Assembly: GCA_046052125.1 (NCBI GenBank)
Contig: JBJOMY010000007.1
Span: 1 to 64,000 of the forward strand
DNA length: 64,000 nucleotides
Reading direction: 5' to 3'
Source: Cyanobacteriota bacterium
GTDB lineage: Bacteria; Cyanobacteriota; Cyanobacteriia; PCC-6307; Cyanobiaceae
Shown: piece after piece, positions 19,810 to 30,866 of the stretch
Layout of the letters: each line of letters opens with the position of its first letter
How positions within the stretch are numbered: the stretch's first letter is position 1
The notes under the pieces: generated by a model
What the model saw: only the letters and a program-made list of their open reading frames with translations
Database searches by the model: none
Told to the model about the DNA's origin: nothing
Program-made: the position numbers and the translations under genes

Positions 19810-20580
19810 ATGAAGCCCTGCATCTTGCTGATCGAAGACGACGGCGACATGCGCGAGCTGGTGGCCGGCCACCTCGAGCACAGCGGCTTTGATGTGCAAC
19901 GCGCCGAAGACGGCATCAAGGGCCAGGCCCTAGCGCTGCAGTACACCCCCGATCTGATCCTGCTGGATCTGATGCTGCCCAAGGTGGATGGCCTCACCCT
20001 CTGCCAGCGCCTGCGGCGGGATGAGCGCACCACGGGCATCCCAATCCTGATGCTCACCGCCCTGGGAAGCACCAAAGACAAGGTGAGTGGCTTCAACTCC
20101 GGCGCCGACGACTACTTGGCGAAGCCCTTTGATCTGGAAGAGCTGCTCGTGCGGATCAAGGCGCTGCTGCGCCGCAGCGACCGTGCTCCGCTCTCCACCA
20201 AGCACAACGAAATCCTCAGCTACGGGGCCCTCACCCTTGTGCCGGAGCGCTTTGAGGCGATCTGGTTCGACGAGCCGGTGCGGCTGACCCACCTGGAGTT
20301 CGAGCTGTTGCACTGCTTGCTGCAGCGCCATGGCCAGACCGTGGCTCCCTCGCTGATCCTCAAAGAGGTGTGGGGCTACGAGCCGGACGACGACATCGAG
20401 ACGATCCGGGTGCACATCCGCCACCTGCGCACCAAGCTCGAACCCGATCCCCGCAAACCGCGCTTCATCAAAACCGTGTACGGGGCGGGCTACTGCCTTG
20501 AGCTGCCCACCGGCAATCAGGAAGCGGAACTTGCCCAGTTGGTGCACAACGCTCGCGAAACCCGCCGCAGCGCTGCTTAG
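19810..20580 (+). CDS. rpaA: OmpR-family response regulator RpaA
   Basis: [69 protein letters not shown]. Confidence 0.93.
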   Translation: MKPCILLIEDDGDMRELVAGHLEHSGFDVQRAEDGIKGQALALQYTPDLILLDLMLPKVDGLTLCQRLRRDERTTGIPILMLTALGSTKDKVSGFNSGADDYLAKPFDLEELLVRIKALLRRSDRAPLSTKHNEILSYGALTLVPERFEAIWFDEPVRLTHLEFELLHCLLQRHGQTVAPSLILKEVWGYEPDDDIETIRVHIRHLRTKLEPDPRKPRFIKTVYGAGYCLELPTGNQEAELAQLVHNARETRRSAA

Positions 20581-21551
20581 CCCTCAACGGCACCACTGAG
20601 CTCCAGCAAGGCCACTTCCCAGGCCAAACGAGGCTGCACGTAGGCGCGCAGCTGGCGCCTGAGGGTTTCAAAGCGATGCTGCTGGGCGGGATCGATGCGC
20701 TGACGCCACAGGCGCAGCTGCCACCAATCGAGCAACCAAAGCTGCTGCTCCACCTCGAGGGCCTCACAAAGGTCGCGAGCCAGGCTGAGGGCCTCCACCG
20801 GACTCACGGAGCGCTGGGCTTCTCCCACCAACTCCGCGCAGCGCTGGGCCAGCCCATCGGGCAACGCTTGCCACTGCTGCCGCTGCTCCAGCAGCGCACC
20901 GGGTGAACCGGCGGCCAGCTCCACCAGCTCCGGCGGATCAGAACCTTGGGGTTGCTCCGGCTGCTCAGCAAGCACTTGCTTCAGCTGATCCGGCGTGAGC
21001 CGGGAGAAGGGAATGGACTGGCAGCGGGAGCGAATCGTGCTGAGCAAGCGATCCGGGGCTGCACTCAGCAGGATCAACAGCCCATCACCAGGCTCCTCCA
21101 GGGTTTTGAGCAAGGCGTTGGCCGCACCCTCCGCCATCGCCTCCACCGCTTCGATCACCACCAGACAACGACTGGCCTCCACCGGCCGGCGCCCCAGAAA
21201 CTGCGACACCGCACGCACCTGCTCGAGACGCAGCTGGGGTGGTGCTTTGCGGCTGATGCCAGCCGCGGCCGCTTGCGATGCGGGCACCAACTGCCCCTTC
21301 TCGCTGTAGGTGGGCTCCACCCAGAGCAGATCGGGATGGTTGCCCTCCTGGAGGCGGCGGCGGACTGAGGCCGATCCAGCAGGCCCGGCAATCACCCCCT
21401 CAAGGAAACGGCGCGCCGTGATCGATCGGCCCACCCCATCGGGCCCGCAGAACAGATAGGCGGGGGCCAGACGCTGCTGCTCCAAGGCCGCCAACAGCAA
21501 CCCCGTGGCCTGCCCCTGACCCACCAACCCCGCAAACAGCGGTTCAGTCAT
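20577..21551 (-). CDS. holB: DNA polymerase III delta-prime subunit
   Basis: [41 protein letters not shown]; follows tmk. Confidence 0.93.
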   Translation of the reverse strand: MTEPLFAGLVGQGQATGLLLAALEQQRLAPAYLFCGPDGVGRSITARRFLEGVIAGPAGSASVRRRLQEGNHPDLLWVEPTYSEKGQLVPASQAAAAGISRKAPPQLRLEQVRAVSQFLGRRPVEASRCLVVIEAVEAMAEGAANALLKTLEEPGDGLLILLSAAPDRLLSTIRSRCQSIPFSRLTPDQLKQVLAEQPEQPQGSDPPELVELAAGSPGALLEQRQQWQALPDGLAQRCAELVGEAQRSVSPVEALSLARDLCEALEVEQQLWLLDWWQLRLWRQRIDPAQQHRFETLRRQLRAYVQPRLAWEVALLELSGAVEG

Positions 21552-22188
21552 GGGGAGCGCAGCAGCCAGCAATGGCACGCTGCAGTTCAGCGCTCACCAG
21601 CTCAACCGGCTGGCCGGCATCGAAGCGCTGCCAGCCGGGCTGGGCCGCCAGCGCGGAAAACCCAGCGCAGACCCGCGCCAGAAAGGCCTCACCACTGGCC
21701 TCGATCCGATCAGCAACCCGGTGACCTCGGCGCCGCAGGGAGTCCTGCAGGGGCAGGTCGAGCAGCAGGGTGAGATCGGGCTCGAGCCCTCGGCAGGCAA
21801 TCCGGCTGAGCTGATCGATCAACTCCAGCGATAAGCCGCGGCCGTAGCCCTGATAGGCAGCGGTGGAGCCGTGGAAGCGATCGCTGAGCACCCAATGGCC
21901 GGCCTCCAGAGCCGGACGAATCCGCTCCTGGACGTGCTGAGCGCGATCAGCGGCATAGAGCAGGAGCTCAGCGGTGCTGCATGGCTCAGCTGCACCGGGC
22001 GGATGCAACAGCAGCTGGCGCAAGGCGAGGCCGAGTTCGGTGCCACCGGGCTCACGGGTCACCAACAGCTCCGCACCGGCGGGCATCAGGCCACTGGCCG
22101 GCAACCAATGCCGCAACCGCTCGATCTGCGTGGTCTTGCCACAGCCATCGATGCCTTCCAGAACAAAAAAACGTCCGCGCTCAGTCAT
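21544..22188 (-). CDS. tmk: Thymidylate kinase
   Basis: EGIDGCGKTTQ, TREPGGT, LLYAADRAQH, AYQGYGRG. Confidence 0.96.
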   Translation of the reverse strand: MTERGRFFVLEGIDGCGKTTQIERLRHWLPASGLMPAGAELLVTREPGGTELGLALRQLLLHPPGAAEPCSTAELLLYAADRAQHVQERIRPALEAGHWVLSDRFHGSTAAYQGYGRGLSLELIDQLSRIACRGLEPDLTLLLDLPLQDSLRRRGHRVADRIEASGEAFLARVCAGFSALAAQPGWQRFDAGQPVELVSAELQRAIAGCCAPHD

Positions 22189-24535
22189 CACGCCCCAGCA
22201 ACAGGGCGTTCACCACCACCGTGATTGAACTAGAGGCCATCAACAGCGCTGCCAGGGGAGGGGAGAGCACAACGCCAAAGCCTGGCAGCAGAACACCAGC
22301 AGCGATGGGCAGCACCACCAGGTTGTAGCCAAAGGCCCAGGCCAGGTTCTGCCTCACCTTGGCCATGATCCGGCGCGCCAGGCCCAGCGCCTGCGGAATG
22401 GCCATCAGCTGATCGCCCAGCACCACCAGATCGGCTGTATCCATGGCGATCTGGGTGCCGGTACCCACCGCGATGCCCAGATCGGCCGCTGCCAGGGCCG
22501 GCGCATCGTTGATCCCATCGCCCACCATCGCCACCGGTGCGTGGGCGCGAGCCTGCTGCAGCCGCTCAAGCTTCTGCTGCGGGAGAAGCTCCCAGACCAG
22601 TTGATCGGGGCGCAGGCCGAGCGTGCGGCCAAGGCGCTGCACCGGGCCCTGGCGGTCGCCGCTGAGCACCGCAAGGCTGAATCCCATGGCGCCAAGGGCT
22701 GCCAGAGCCGCTTGCGCATCAGGGCGCAGGGGATCGTCAATCGCAAGCAGGGCCAGCAAACGCCCTTCGCCGGCCAGAGCCACCACCGTGGCGCCATGGC
22801 TCTCCTGCTCCTGCAACCAGGTCTGCTGTTCCGGCTGAAGGGGTGTGCCCTCAGCTACCACCCAAGCGAGGCGGCCCAGGCGGCAGCGACCGAACCCGGG
22901 AACATCGCCCTCAAGGCCATCACCAGCGAAGGTCTGAGCCTCCTGCACCGCCAGCAGCGGCAAGTCGAGCTCCTGGGCGCGCTGGAGCAGCGCGTGGGCC
23001 AGGGGGTGGCGGGTGTCTGCTTCCAAGCTGGCCGCCACGTGCACAACAACCTCCGGACTGAGCCCGGGCTGCGATGCATGAATCCCCACAAGGCTGGGGC
23101 GACCCAGCGTGAGGGTGCCGGTTTTATCGAAAAACACGGCACGCAAACCAGCCGCGGCCTCAATCACATCGCCACCGCGAAACAGGATGCCGGCCTTGGC
23201 CGCCAACCCCGTCCCGACGCTGATCGCAGCCGGCGTGGCCAACCCCAACGCACAGGGACAGGCCACCACCAGCACGGCGATGCTCAGCTGCAGCCCGAGC
23301 ACAAAGGGCGTTTCCGCTCCCATCCCCAGGCTCTGATGCCCTCCATGGGCATGGGCCGAGGGAGCAGCGGCAAGCACCTGGGGCCAGAGCTGGGCGCCCA
23401 CAAGCCACCAAAACAGCAGGGTGGCCAGGGCAAACAGCATCACGGCCACGCTGAAACGACCTGCCACTCGGTCGGTGAGTCCCTGAATCGGCCCCTTGCG
23501 GGATTGGGCCTGCTCCACCAAGGCAATGATCCGCGCCACGGCGCTGTCGCGGCCGGCCCGCAGCACCTCCAGCACGAGCGGTGCCTGCAGGTTGAGACTG
23601 CCGGCGGCTAGCTCAGCACCAATCCCCACCTCGAGTGGCAAGGGTTCGCCAGTGAGGCTCGACACATCCAGGCTGGAGGCCCCCTCGAGCACGCGGCTAT
23701 CCACGGGGACGCGATCCCCCGGCAGCAGCCGCAGGCGATCGCCTGGCCTCAGCGCACCCACACGCACAGGCCGGGTTGTGGCCTCTGGGCCCTCCCCCAC
23801 GAGCAGCAATGCCTCATCGGGCTGCAGCAGGGCCAGATCCTGCAGGGCCCGACCGGTCCGGAAGCGGGCCCGCTCCTCAAGGAAGCGCCCCAGCAACACG
23901 AAGCCCAGCAGCATCACCGGCTCGTTGAAGAAGCACTGCCAACCCACCGCGGGCCAGATCAGGGCCACGAGGCTCGCGGCATAGGCGCTGGCCATCCCCA
24001 GGCCCACCAGGGTGTCCATCCCCGGGGCACCAGCGAAGGCCGATCGCCAGCCGCGCACAAGAATCGGGCGCCCCGGCAGGGCCAGGGCCAAGGTGGCCAC
24101 CACGGCATGCACCCAGATCTGGGCAAGCCAGGGCAGCGGCAGCTGACCCACCTCAGCCAGATGCCCTGCAGCTGAAACGAGCAGCAGCAACAACGCCACC
24201 AGCAGCTGCCGCCAGCGCTCCCACCAACTGAGCCGCTGCTGGCGAATCAGCGGAGAATCGGGGCTCTGCTCCTCACGGCGGTGGGCCTGATAGCCCATCC
24301 CAGCGAGAGCTTCAATCAACGTCTGGGCCGGATCAGTGGCCAGCTGGGCGGCAAGGTCCGGGTCAAGCCCCACCCAGGCGGTGCGATTCAGCAGGCTCAC
24401 GCTGGCCTGACGCACGCCGGGCTGCGCCAACAAGCGCTGCTCCACGGCTCGCACGCAGCCACCGCATTTCATTCCTTCCACATCCAGCAGCAGGGCAGCC
24501 ACGGGCTGCGGAGCCTGGTTAATGCCGCTGCTCAC
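22181..24535 (-). CDS. ctaA: P1B-type heavy-metal (Cu) ATPase, CtaA-like
   Basis: GMKCGGC metal-binding domain, LTGE, ACPCALGLATP, DKTGT, HP, GDGINDAP, YN. Confidence 0.88.
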   Translation of the reverse strand: MSSGINQAPQPVAALLLDVEGMKCGGCVRAVEQRLLAQPGVRQASVSLLNRTAWVGLDPDLAAQLATDPAQTLIEALAGMGYQAHRREEQSPDSPLIRQQRLSWWERWRQLLVALLLLLVSAAGHLAEVGQLPLPWLAQIWVHAVVATLALALPGRPILVRGWRSAFAGAPGMDTLVGLGMASAYAASLVALIWPAVGWQCFFNEPVMLLGFVLLGRFLEERARFRTGRALQDLALLQPDEALLLVGEGPEATTRPVRVGALRPGDRLRLLPGDRVPVDSRVLEGASSLDVSSLTGEPLPLEVGIGAELAAGSLNLQAPLVLEVLRAGRDSAVARIIALVEQAQSRKGPIQGLTDRVAGRFSVAVMLFALATLLFWWLVGAQLWPQVLAAAPSAHAHGGHQSLGMGAETPFVLGLQLSIAVLVVACPCALGLATPAAISVGTGLAAKAGILFRGGDVIEAAAGLRAVFFDKTGTLTLGRPSLVGIHASQPGLSPEVVVHVAASLEADTRHPLAHALLQRAQELDLPLLAVQEAQTFAGDGLEGDVPGFGRCRLGRLAWVVAEGTPLQPEQQTWLQEQESHGATVVALAGEGRLLALLAIDDPLRPDAQAALAALGAMGFSLAVLSGDRQGPVQRLGRTLGLRPDQLVWELLPQQKLERLQQARAHAPVAMVGDGINDAPALAAADLGIAVGTGTQIAMDTADLVVLGDQLMAIPQALGLARRIMAKVRQNLAWAFGYNLVVLPIAAGVLLPGFGVVLSPPLAALLMASSSITVVVNALLLGRDD

Positions 24536-24636
24536 GGATTCGCGGGTGAGTGGCTACAGGCTAGGGAGTGCGAACAGCTCAAGCAGCCGCCACCGCAGGC
24601 AGGTGAGGATGGGCCCACGAAGCTCCGCGAACCGCC

Positions 24637-25158
24637 GTGCCCCGCTCTCAGCGCAACGACAACTTCATCGACAAGAGCTTCACGGTGATGGCGGACCTGA
24701 TTCTCAAGGTGCTGCCCACCAACCAACGGGCGAAAGAAGCGTTTGCGTACTACCGCGATGGCATGAGTGCCCAGGCCGATGGCGAGTACGCCGAAGCCCT
24801 CGATAACTACGCCGAAGCGCTGAAGCTCGAAGAAGACCCCAACGACCGCGCCTTCATCCTCTACAACATGGCGCTGGTGTACGCCAGCAACGGTGAGCAC
24901 GAGAAGGCCCTCGAGCAGTACGGCCAGGCCCTTGATCTCAACAGCAAGATGCCGCAAGCCCTGAACAACATGGCGGTGATTCACCACCACCTGGGCTCCC
25001 TCGCCGAAGAGCAGGGCGACAGCGACCTGGCTGATCGCCACTTCGATCAGGCCGCTGATCTCTGGACCAAGGCGATCCGCCTGGCCCCGAACAACTACAT
25101 CGAGGCTCAGAACTGGCTGAAGACCAGCGGCCGCGGCAGCGTCGATGTGTACTTCTGA
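24637..25158 (+). CDS. ycf3: Photosystem I assembly TPR protein Ycf3
   Basis: [33 protein letters not shown]. Confidence 0.98.
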   Translation: MPRSQRNDNFIDKSFTVMADLILKVLPTNQRAKEAFAYYRDGMSAQADGEYAEALDNYAEALKLEEDPNDRAFILYNMALVYASNGEHEKALEQYGQALDLNSKMPQALNNMAVIHHHLGSLAEEQGDSDLADRHFDQAADLWTKAIRLAPNNYIEAQNWLKTSGRGSVDVYF

Positions 25159-25197
25159 GGCAAGGCCAGCGCTTTAGGCGTTGAGCAAACGCTGGAT

Positions 25198-26649
25198 TCA
25201 GGCGCGATCGTCGGCCGGGTTCACGCCCAGCGCCGCCACCAGCGCTTCGGCGACGCCGCCGGCCTCGAGCAGCTGAAGATCCAGGCCTGCAGCCAGCCGT
25301 CCCAGGCCACTGCCCTTGGGCACCACGGCCCGGCGGAAGCCGAGGCGCGCCGATTCCTGCAGGCGCTGCTCCAGCTGGGCCACCGGGCGCAGCTGCCCGC
25401 CCAGGCCCAGCTCACCGATCAACACCGTGCCCGGCGGCAGGGTGAGATCGCGGTAGCTGGCCACCACGGCCGCGGCCACTCCCAGATCCGCCGCCGGTTC
25501 CTCCACCTCAAGTCCACCCGCCACCGCCAGATAGCAATCGAAGCGTGAGAGGGGCAGGCCCAAATGCTTCTCCAGCACAGCCAAGATCTGGTGAAGCCGG
25601 TTGGTGCCAATGCCCGTGGCCGTGCGACGCGGGCTCGCGTAGCTGGTGGTGCTCACCAGGGCCTGCAGCTCCACCACCAAAGGGCGTGTGCCTTCGCAGG
25701 CCACGATCGTGGCGGTGCCGGCGCTGGGCTCATCGCTGCCCAGGAACAGCTCACTGGGGTTGAGCACCTGGGCCAGGCCCTGGCCGCGCATCTCAAACAC
25801 GCCCAGCTCATGGGTGGCACCAAAGCGGTTCTTCACCGCCCGCAGCAGCCTGTGGCTAGCGAAGCGGTCCCCCTCAAAGGTGAGCACCGCATCCACCAGG
25901 TGCTCCAGCACCTTCGGCCCAGCGAGCATGCCTTCTTTGGTCACGTGGCCCACCAGCAGCAGGGCCGTGTCCTGGCGCTTGGCGATGCGGGCTAGGGCAG
26001 CCGCGCACTCCCGCACCTGGGCCACCGAGCCCGGAGCGCTGCCCAGCTCGCCGTCGTGCAACGCCTGGATGCTGTCGATCACCGCCACGGCCGGGCGCAG
26101 CGCCTCCAGCTCCTGCAGCACCAACTCCAGATCGGTTTCAGCCAGCAACTGCAGGCCAGGACCGCCGGGCGCAGCATCCGCCGGCAACGGCGCGAGCTCC
26201 CCCTGCTCCTCCGCCAGGCGGCGCCAGCGCAACTTCACCTGCTGAGCTGATTCCTCAGCGCTCACATAGAGCACGGAATGGCGGGCCGCCATGGCCTGGG
26301 CGCTCTGCAAGAGCAGGGTGCTCTTGCCAATGCCCGGATCCCCGCCGAGCAACACCAGCGAGCCGGGCACCAAACCGCCACCCAGCACGCGATCCAGCTC
26401 GCCGTAGCCACTGCAGAGCCGCTGCAGGGGGCGATCCCCCACCGCCGCGATCGGCTCGGAGCGGCGCGGCGCGGCCGGGATGGCGGCTTCCGCTGGGGCA
26501 GCCACCGGACGGCGGCGGCGGTTGTCGGTGGGGGCAGCGCTCTGCTCCACCAGGGTGTTCCAGTTGCCGCAGCCGGAGCAGCGACCAAAAAACTGACGGC
26601 TCTGCGCTCCGCAGCTCTGGCAGACGTAGAGGCTGGTGGCGCGGGCCAA
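25198..26649 (-). CDS. radA: DNA repair protein RadA/Sms
   Basis: C4 zinc finger, GDPGIGKST, KNRFG motif, Lon-like C-terminus. Confidence 0.97.
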   Translation of the reverse strand: MARATSLYVCQSCGAQSRQFFGRCSGCGNWNTLVEQSAAPTDNRRRRPVAAPAEAAIPAAPRRSEPIAAVGDRPLQRLCSGYGELDRVLGGGLVPGSLVLLGGDPGIGKSTLLLQSAQAMAARHSVLYVSAEESAQQVKLRWRRLAEEQGELAPLPADAAPGGPGLQLLAETDLELVLQELEALRPAVAVIDSIQALHDGELGSAPGSVAQVRECAAALARIAKRQDTALLLVGHVTKEGMLAGPKVLEHLVDAVLTFEGDRFASHRLLRAVKNRFGATHELGVFEMRGQGLAQVLNPSELFLGSDEPSAGTATIVACEGTRPLVVELQALVSTTSYASPRRTATGIGTNRLHQILAVLEKHLGLPLSRFDCYLAVAGGLEVEEPAADLGVAAAVVASYRDLTLPPGTVLIGELGLGGQLRPVAQLEQRLQESARLGFRRAVVPKGSGLGRLAAGLDLQLLEAGGVAEALVAALGVNPADDRA

Positions 26650-26746
26650 AACGGTGTATGAAGAAAGGTGGCTACCGCAGAACCCGGAGGCCTGCCGACC
26701 TTTTCAGTAGGTCGAACTACTTAACCCGTCCACAGCGAGTGGCGCA

Positions 26747-27508
26747 ATGACGGCCTCAACCGCCACACCTTCCTCCTCCGCCAAGGAAACCATCCTGGTG
26801 GTCGACGATGAAGCAAGCATCCGCCGCATCCTCGAGACCCGCCTCTCGATGATCGGCTACCAGGTGGTGACCGCCTGCGACGGCCAGGAAGCGATCGAAG
26901 CCTTCCGTCAGTGCAACCCCGATCTGGTGGTGCTCGACGTGATGATGCCCAAGCTCGATGGCTACGGCGTCTGCCAGGAGCTGCGCAAGGAATCCGATGT
27001 GCCGATCGTGATGCTCACGGCCCTCGGCGATGTGGCTGACCGCATCACCGGCCTGGAGCTCGGTGCCGACGATTACGTCGTGAAGCCGTTCAGCCCCAAG
27101 GAGCTAGAGGCCCGCATCCGCTGCGTGCTGCGCCGGGTGGAGAAAGACAGCGTGGCCGGCATCCCCAACTCCGGCGTGATCCGGGTGGGTGAGCTGCGCA
27201 TCGACACCAACAAACGCCAGGTGTACCGCGGTGAGGAGCGCATCCGGCTCACCGGGATGGAGTTCAGCCTTCTGGAACTCCTGGTGGGCCGCAGCGGCGA
27301 ACCCTTCAGCCGCGGCGAGATCCTCAAGGAGGTGTGGGGCTACACGCCGGAGCGGCATGTGGACACCCGGGTGGTGGATGTTCATATCTCCCGCCTGCGC
27401 TCCAAACTGGAGGACGATCCGGCCAACCCTGAGCTGATCCTCACGGCACGGGGCACCGGTTATCTGTTCCAACGCATCGTTGACGCTGTTGCCTCCGAAG
27501 CCCTCTGA
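26747..27508 (+). CDS. rpaB: OmpR-family response regulator RpaB
   Basis: VVDDEASIRRILETRLSMIGY, ERHVDTRVVDVHISRLRSKLE. Confidence 0.97.
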   Translation: MTASTATPSSSAKETILVVDDEASIRRILETRLSMIGYQVVTACDGQEAIEAFRQCNPDLVVLDVMMPKLDGYGVCQELRKESDVPIVMLTALGDVADRITGLELGADDYVVKPFSPKELEARIRCVLRRVEKDSVAGIPNSGVIRVGELRIDTNKRQVYRGEERIRLTGMEFSLLELLVGRSGEPFSRGEILKEVWGYTPERHVDTRVVDVHISRLRSKLEDDPANPELILTARGTGYLFQRIVDAVASEAL

Positions 27509-28853
27509 CGCCCCAGGCCACGGTTCCGGCAATCGCCGGGGGCGTCCCCGCGCCATTCGGCGGCTGGAGATCTGGTATCGCCGCAATGCGGCGGTGACCA
27601 GCTTGGTGGGCACAGCAACGGCAACGGCCAATGCAGCAGCCACAGCCGCCAATGCGGCGGGATCCGTGGCGGGATCGGCGGCCGGTGCAGCCGCTGGCGC
27701 TGCGGCCGGGGCGGCCAACATGGTGCTGCAGCCGCTGGTGTTCGATCCCCTGCGCCGGCTGCAACGGGGTGTGGGAGGTAGCGAAGGAACGCCGATCAAC
27801 GACGCCGAGCGGCTCTGGGTGGCCGTGGATGGCATGGGCGGCGACTACGCCCCGGGGCCAATCCTCGAGGGCTGTCTGCGGGCGGTGCGCCTGCTGCCTT
27901 TGCGGGTGAAGTTTGTGGCCGAGGCCAGCGCGGTGGAAGCGGCGGTGGCCGAGTTGAACCTCACGGAGGAGCTCGAGGCCGCCCAACAGGAAGGCCTGCT
28001 GGAGCTGGTGCCCAGCGGCGTGTCGGTGGGCATGGATGAAGAAGCCACCGTGGTGCGCAAAAAGCGCGACGCCAGCATCAACCTGGCCATGGATCTGGTG
28101 AAGGCGGGCGAGGCCACCGCCGTGTATTCAGCCGGCAACTCCGGGGCGGTGATGGCATCAGCGATCTTCCGCTTGGGTCGCCTCAAGGGGATCGATCGCC
28201 CCGCCATTGGAGCTCTCTTTCCCACCAAGGACCCCGAGCAGCAGGTGCTGGTGCTGGATGTGGGCGCCAACATGGATGCCAAGCCCGCCTACCTGCACCA
28301 GTGGGCCCTGCTGGGCAACATCTACAGCCGCGATGTGCTTCAGGTGGCAAAGCCCCGCGTTGGCCTACTCAACATCGGCGAAGAGGAGTGCAAGGGCAAC
28401 GACCTAGCCCTGCGCACCTATCCCCTGATGGCGGAAGAAACGCGCTTCACCTTCGCCGGGAACTGCGAAGGCCGCGATGTGCTCTCCGGTGAATTCGATG
28501 TGGTGGTGTGCGACGGCTTCACCGGCAACGTGCTGCTGAAGTTCCTGGAGAGCGTGGGCAGCGTGCTGCTGGATGTGCTCAAGGCCGAGCTACCCCGGGG
28601 CCGCCGCGGCAAGGTGGGCTCCGCCTTCTTGATGAGCAACCTGCGCCGCATCAAGAAGCGCCTCGACCACGCGGAACACGGCGGTGCACTGCTGCTGGGC
28701 GTGAACGGCGTGTGCGTGATCGGCCATGGCAGCAGCAAGGCCCTCTCAGTGGTGAGCGCATTGCGCATCGCCCACTCCGCCGCCAACCACGGGGTGATGG
28801 ATGACCTGCAGCAGCTGAGCAGCGGCGCCGAGGCCGCCATTGCCTGTGGTTGA
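27489..28853 (+). CDS. plsX: Phosphate acyltransferase PlsX with N-terminal extension
   Basis: AVDGMGGDYAP, SAGNSGA, LDVGAN, DGFTGNV, IGHGSS; start overlaps the rpaB 3' end. Confidence 0.95.
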   Translation: MPPKPSDAPGHGSGNRRGRPRAIRRLEIWYRRNAAVTSLVGTATATANAAATAANAAGSVAGSAAGAAAGAAAGAANMVLQPLVFDPLRRLQRGVGGSEGTPINDAERLWVAVDGMGGDYAPGPILEGCLRAVRLLPLRVKFVAEASAVEAAVAELNLTEELEAAQQEGLLELVPSGVSVGMDEEATVVRKKRDASINLAMDLVKAGEATAVYSAGNSGAVMASAIFRLGRLKGIDRPAIGALFPTKDPEQQVLVLDVGANMDAKPAYLHQWALLGNIYSRDVLQVAKPRVGLLNIGEEECKGNDLALRTYPLMAEETRFTFAGNCEGRDVLSGEFDVVVCDGFTGNVLLKFLESVGSVLLDVLKAELPRGRRGKVGSAFLMSNLRRIKKRLDHAEHGGALLLGVNGVCVIGHGSSKALSVVSALRIAHSAANHGVMDDLQQLSSGAEAAIACG

Positions 28854-28878
28854 CTGAGCCCACCGTTGGGTTGAACGG

Positions 28879-29913
28879 GTGGGGCTCGGCCAGACAAGCA
28901 GCATCGGCCACCCGATCGGGATGGCCCTGGTGGGCTGCGGCAGTGCCGTGCCGGCGATCAGCGTCAGCAACCAACAGCTGAGCGAGCGGGTCGACACCAG
29001 CGACGAATGGATCCGCACGCGGACAGGGATCGGCGCACGCCGCATCTGTGCCGCCGATGAACCCCTCACCGTGCTGGCCAGCCGCGCCGCCCAGGCCGCC
29101 CTCGACCACGCCGGCTGGGCCGCCGAGGATCTGGACCTGATCCTGATGGCCACCTCCAGCCCCGACGATCTCTTCGGCACGGCACCGCGGGTGCAAGGCG
29201 CCATCGGGGCTCGCAACGCTGTGGCCTTCGACCTCACCGCGGCCTGCAGCGGTTTTCTGTTTGCCCTGATCACCGCGGGGCAATACCTGCGCAGCGGTGC
29301 CATGCGCCGCGCCCTCGTGATCGGCGCCGATCAACTGAGCCGCTGGGTGGACTGGGACGACCGCACCACCTGTGTGCTGTTCGGCGATGGTGCCGCCGCG
29401 GTGGCGGTGGAAGCCTGCCCGGATGAGCAGAACGGCCTGCTGGGCTTCCGCATGCACTCCGATGGCAGCCGCAACGGCTGTCTCACCCTGGCCCAGACCG
29501 ACAGCCATACCGATGTGTTGGGGGGCGTGAGCGCCCAGGTGGGCGGTTTCGCCCCGCTGCGCATGAACGGCCAAGAGGTGTACAAATTCGCCGTGCGCGA
29601 GGTGCCGGCCGTACTCAAAGAACTGCTCGAGAGCACGGGAACGCCCGCCTCGGATCTCAACTGGCTGCTGCTGCACCAGGCCAACCAGCGCATCCTTGAT
29701 GCCGTGGCCGATCGCTTCGCGATTCCCCATGAGCGGGTGCTCAGCAACCTGGCCAGCTACGGCAATACCTCCGCCGCCACCATCCCGCTGATGCTCGATG
29801 AAGCGGTGAAGGATGGCCGCGTTAAAGCGGGTGATCTGATCGCCAGCAGCGGCTTCGGCGCCGGCCTCAGTTGGGGTGGGGCGCTGCTGCGCTGGGCCGG
29901 ACCTCAGGGCTGA
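28879..29913 (+). CDS. fabH: 3-oxoacyl-ACP synthase III
   Basis: DTSDEWIRTRTGI, AACSGF, HQANQRI, YGNTSAA; alternative start at 28921. Confidence 0.97.
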   Translation: MGLGQTSSIGHPIGMALVGCGSAVPAISVSNQQLSERVDTSDEWIRTRTGIGARRICAADEPLTVLASRAAQAALDHAGWAAEDLDLILMATSSPDDLFGTAPRVQGAIGARNAVAFDLTAACSGFLFALITAGQYLRSGAMRRALVIGADQLSRWVDWDDRTTCVLFGDGAAAVAVEACPDEQNGLLGFRMHSDGSRNGCLTLAQTDSHTDVLGGVSAQVGGFAPLRMNGQEVYKFAVREVPAVLKELLESTGTPASDLNWLLLHQANQRILDAVADRFAIPHERVLSNLASYGNTSAATIPLMLDEAVKDGRVKAGDLIASSGFGAGLSWGGALLRWAGPQG

Positions 29914-29975
29914 CCTGCGGGCTGGCTTAGCTCCCGCCGCGTAATGTCCCCCCCGACAGTGCAACGCGAGCGGCC

Positions 29976-30866
29976 ATGGGTATCGCCTGGGTGTTTCCCG
30001 GACAGGGCTCACAAAAGCTGGGCATAGCAGCCGGCGTGCTCGAGCTTCCCGGCGCGAAGGAGCGCTTCGCCGCTGCCTCCGAGCTGCTGGGCCGCGACCT
30101 GCTGGCCATCTGCGCTGGCGAAGCAGCCGGTGAACTGAGCGATCTCAACGACACCCGCAACACCCAGCCGGCCCTGTTCGTGATCGAAAGCCTGCTGGTG
30201 GATGGCCTGCGCGCCCAGGGACGCCAGGCGGATCGGGTGGCAGGCCACAGCCTCGGCGAGTTGGTGGCGCTCTATGCCGCCGGTGTGTTCGACGTGGAGA
30301 CGGGTTTAAAGCTGATGAAGACCCGCAGCGAGCTGATGGCAGCCGCCGGTGGTGGCGCCATGACCGCTGTGATGGGATTTGATCGCGGCGAACTCGATCA
30401 ATTGGTGGCTGCCACCGACGGCGTGGTGATCGCCAACGACAACAGCAGCGCCCAGGTGGTGCTCTCGGGCTCACCCGAGGCTGTGGCCACCGTGAGCGGT
30501 GCCCTCAAGTGCAAACGAGCCATCCCCCTGGCCGTGAGCGGCGCCTTCCACTCTCCGTTCATGCAGCAGGCCGCTGAAGCCTTTGCTGCTGAGCTGGAGG
30601 CCGTGCCCTTTGCCGATGCCAGCATCCCCGTGCAGAGCAACACCGATCCGAGCCCCGAAACCAGCGGTGCGGCCCTGAAGGCCCGGCTGAAAAGCCAGAT
30701 GACCACCGGCGTGCGCTGGCGCGAAACCATGGAGCGCTTCAGCAGCGACAGCATCGACACCGCCGTGGAGATCGGCCCGGGCAACGTGCTCAGCGGCCTG
30801 ATCAAGCGCAGCTGCGAGGGAATCACCACCGCCCAGATCAGCAGCGCCGCCGATCTCGGCCTGTGA
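29976..30866 (+). CDS. fabD: Malonyl-CoA:ACP transacylase
   Basis: FPGQGSQ, TQPAL, GHSLGE, VSGAFHS, EIGPG. Confidence 0.97.
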   Translation: MGIAWVFPGQGSQKLGIAAGVLELPGAKERFAAASELLGRDLLAICAGEAAGELSDLNDTRNTQPALFVIESLLVDGLRAQGRQADRVAGHSLGELVALYAAGVFDVETGLKLMKTRSELMAAAGGGAMTAVMGFDRGELDQLVAATDGVVIANDNSSAQVVLSGSPEAVATVSGALKCKRAIPLAVSGAFHSPFMQQAAEAFAAELEAVPFADASIPVQSNTDPSPETSGAALKARLKSQMTTGVRWRETMERFSSDSIDTAVEIGPGNVLSGLIKRSCEGITTAQISSAADLGL

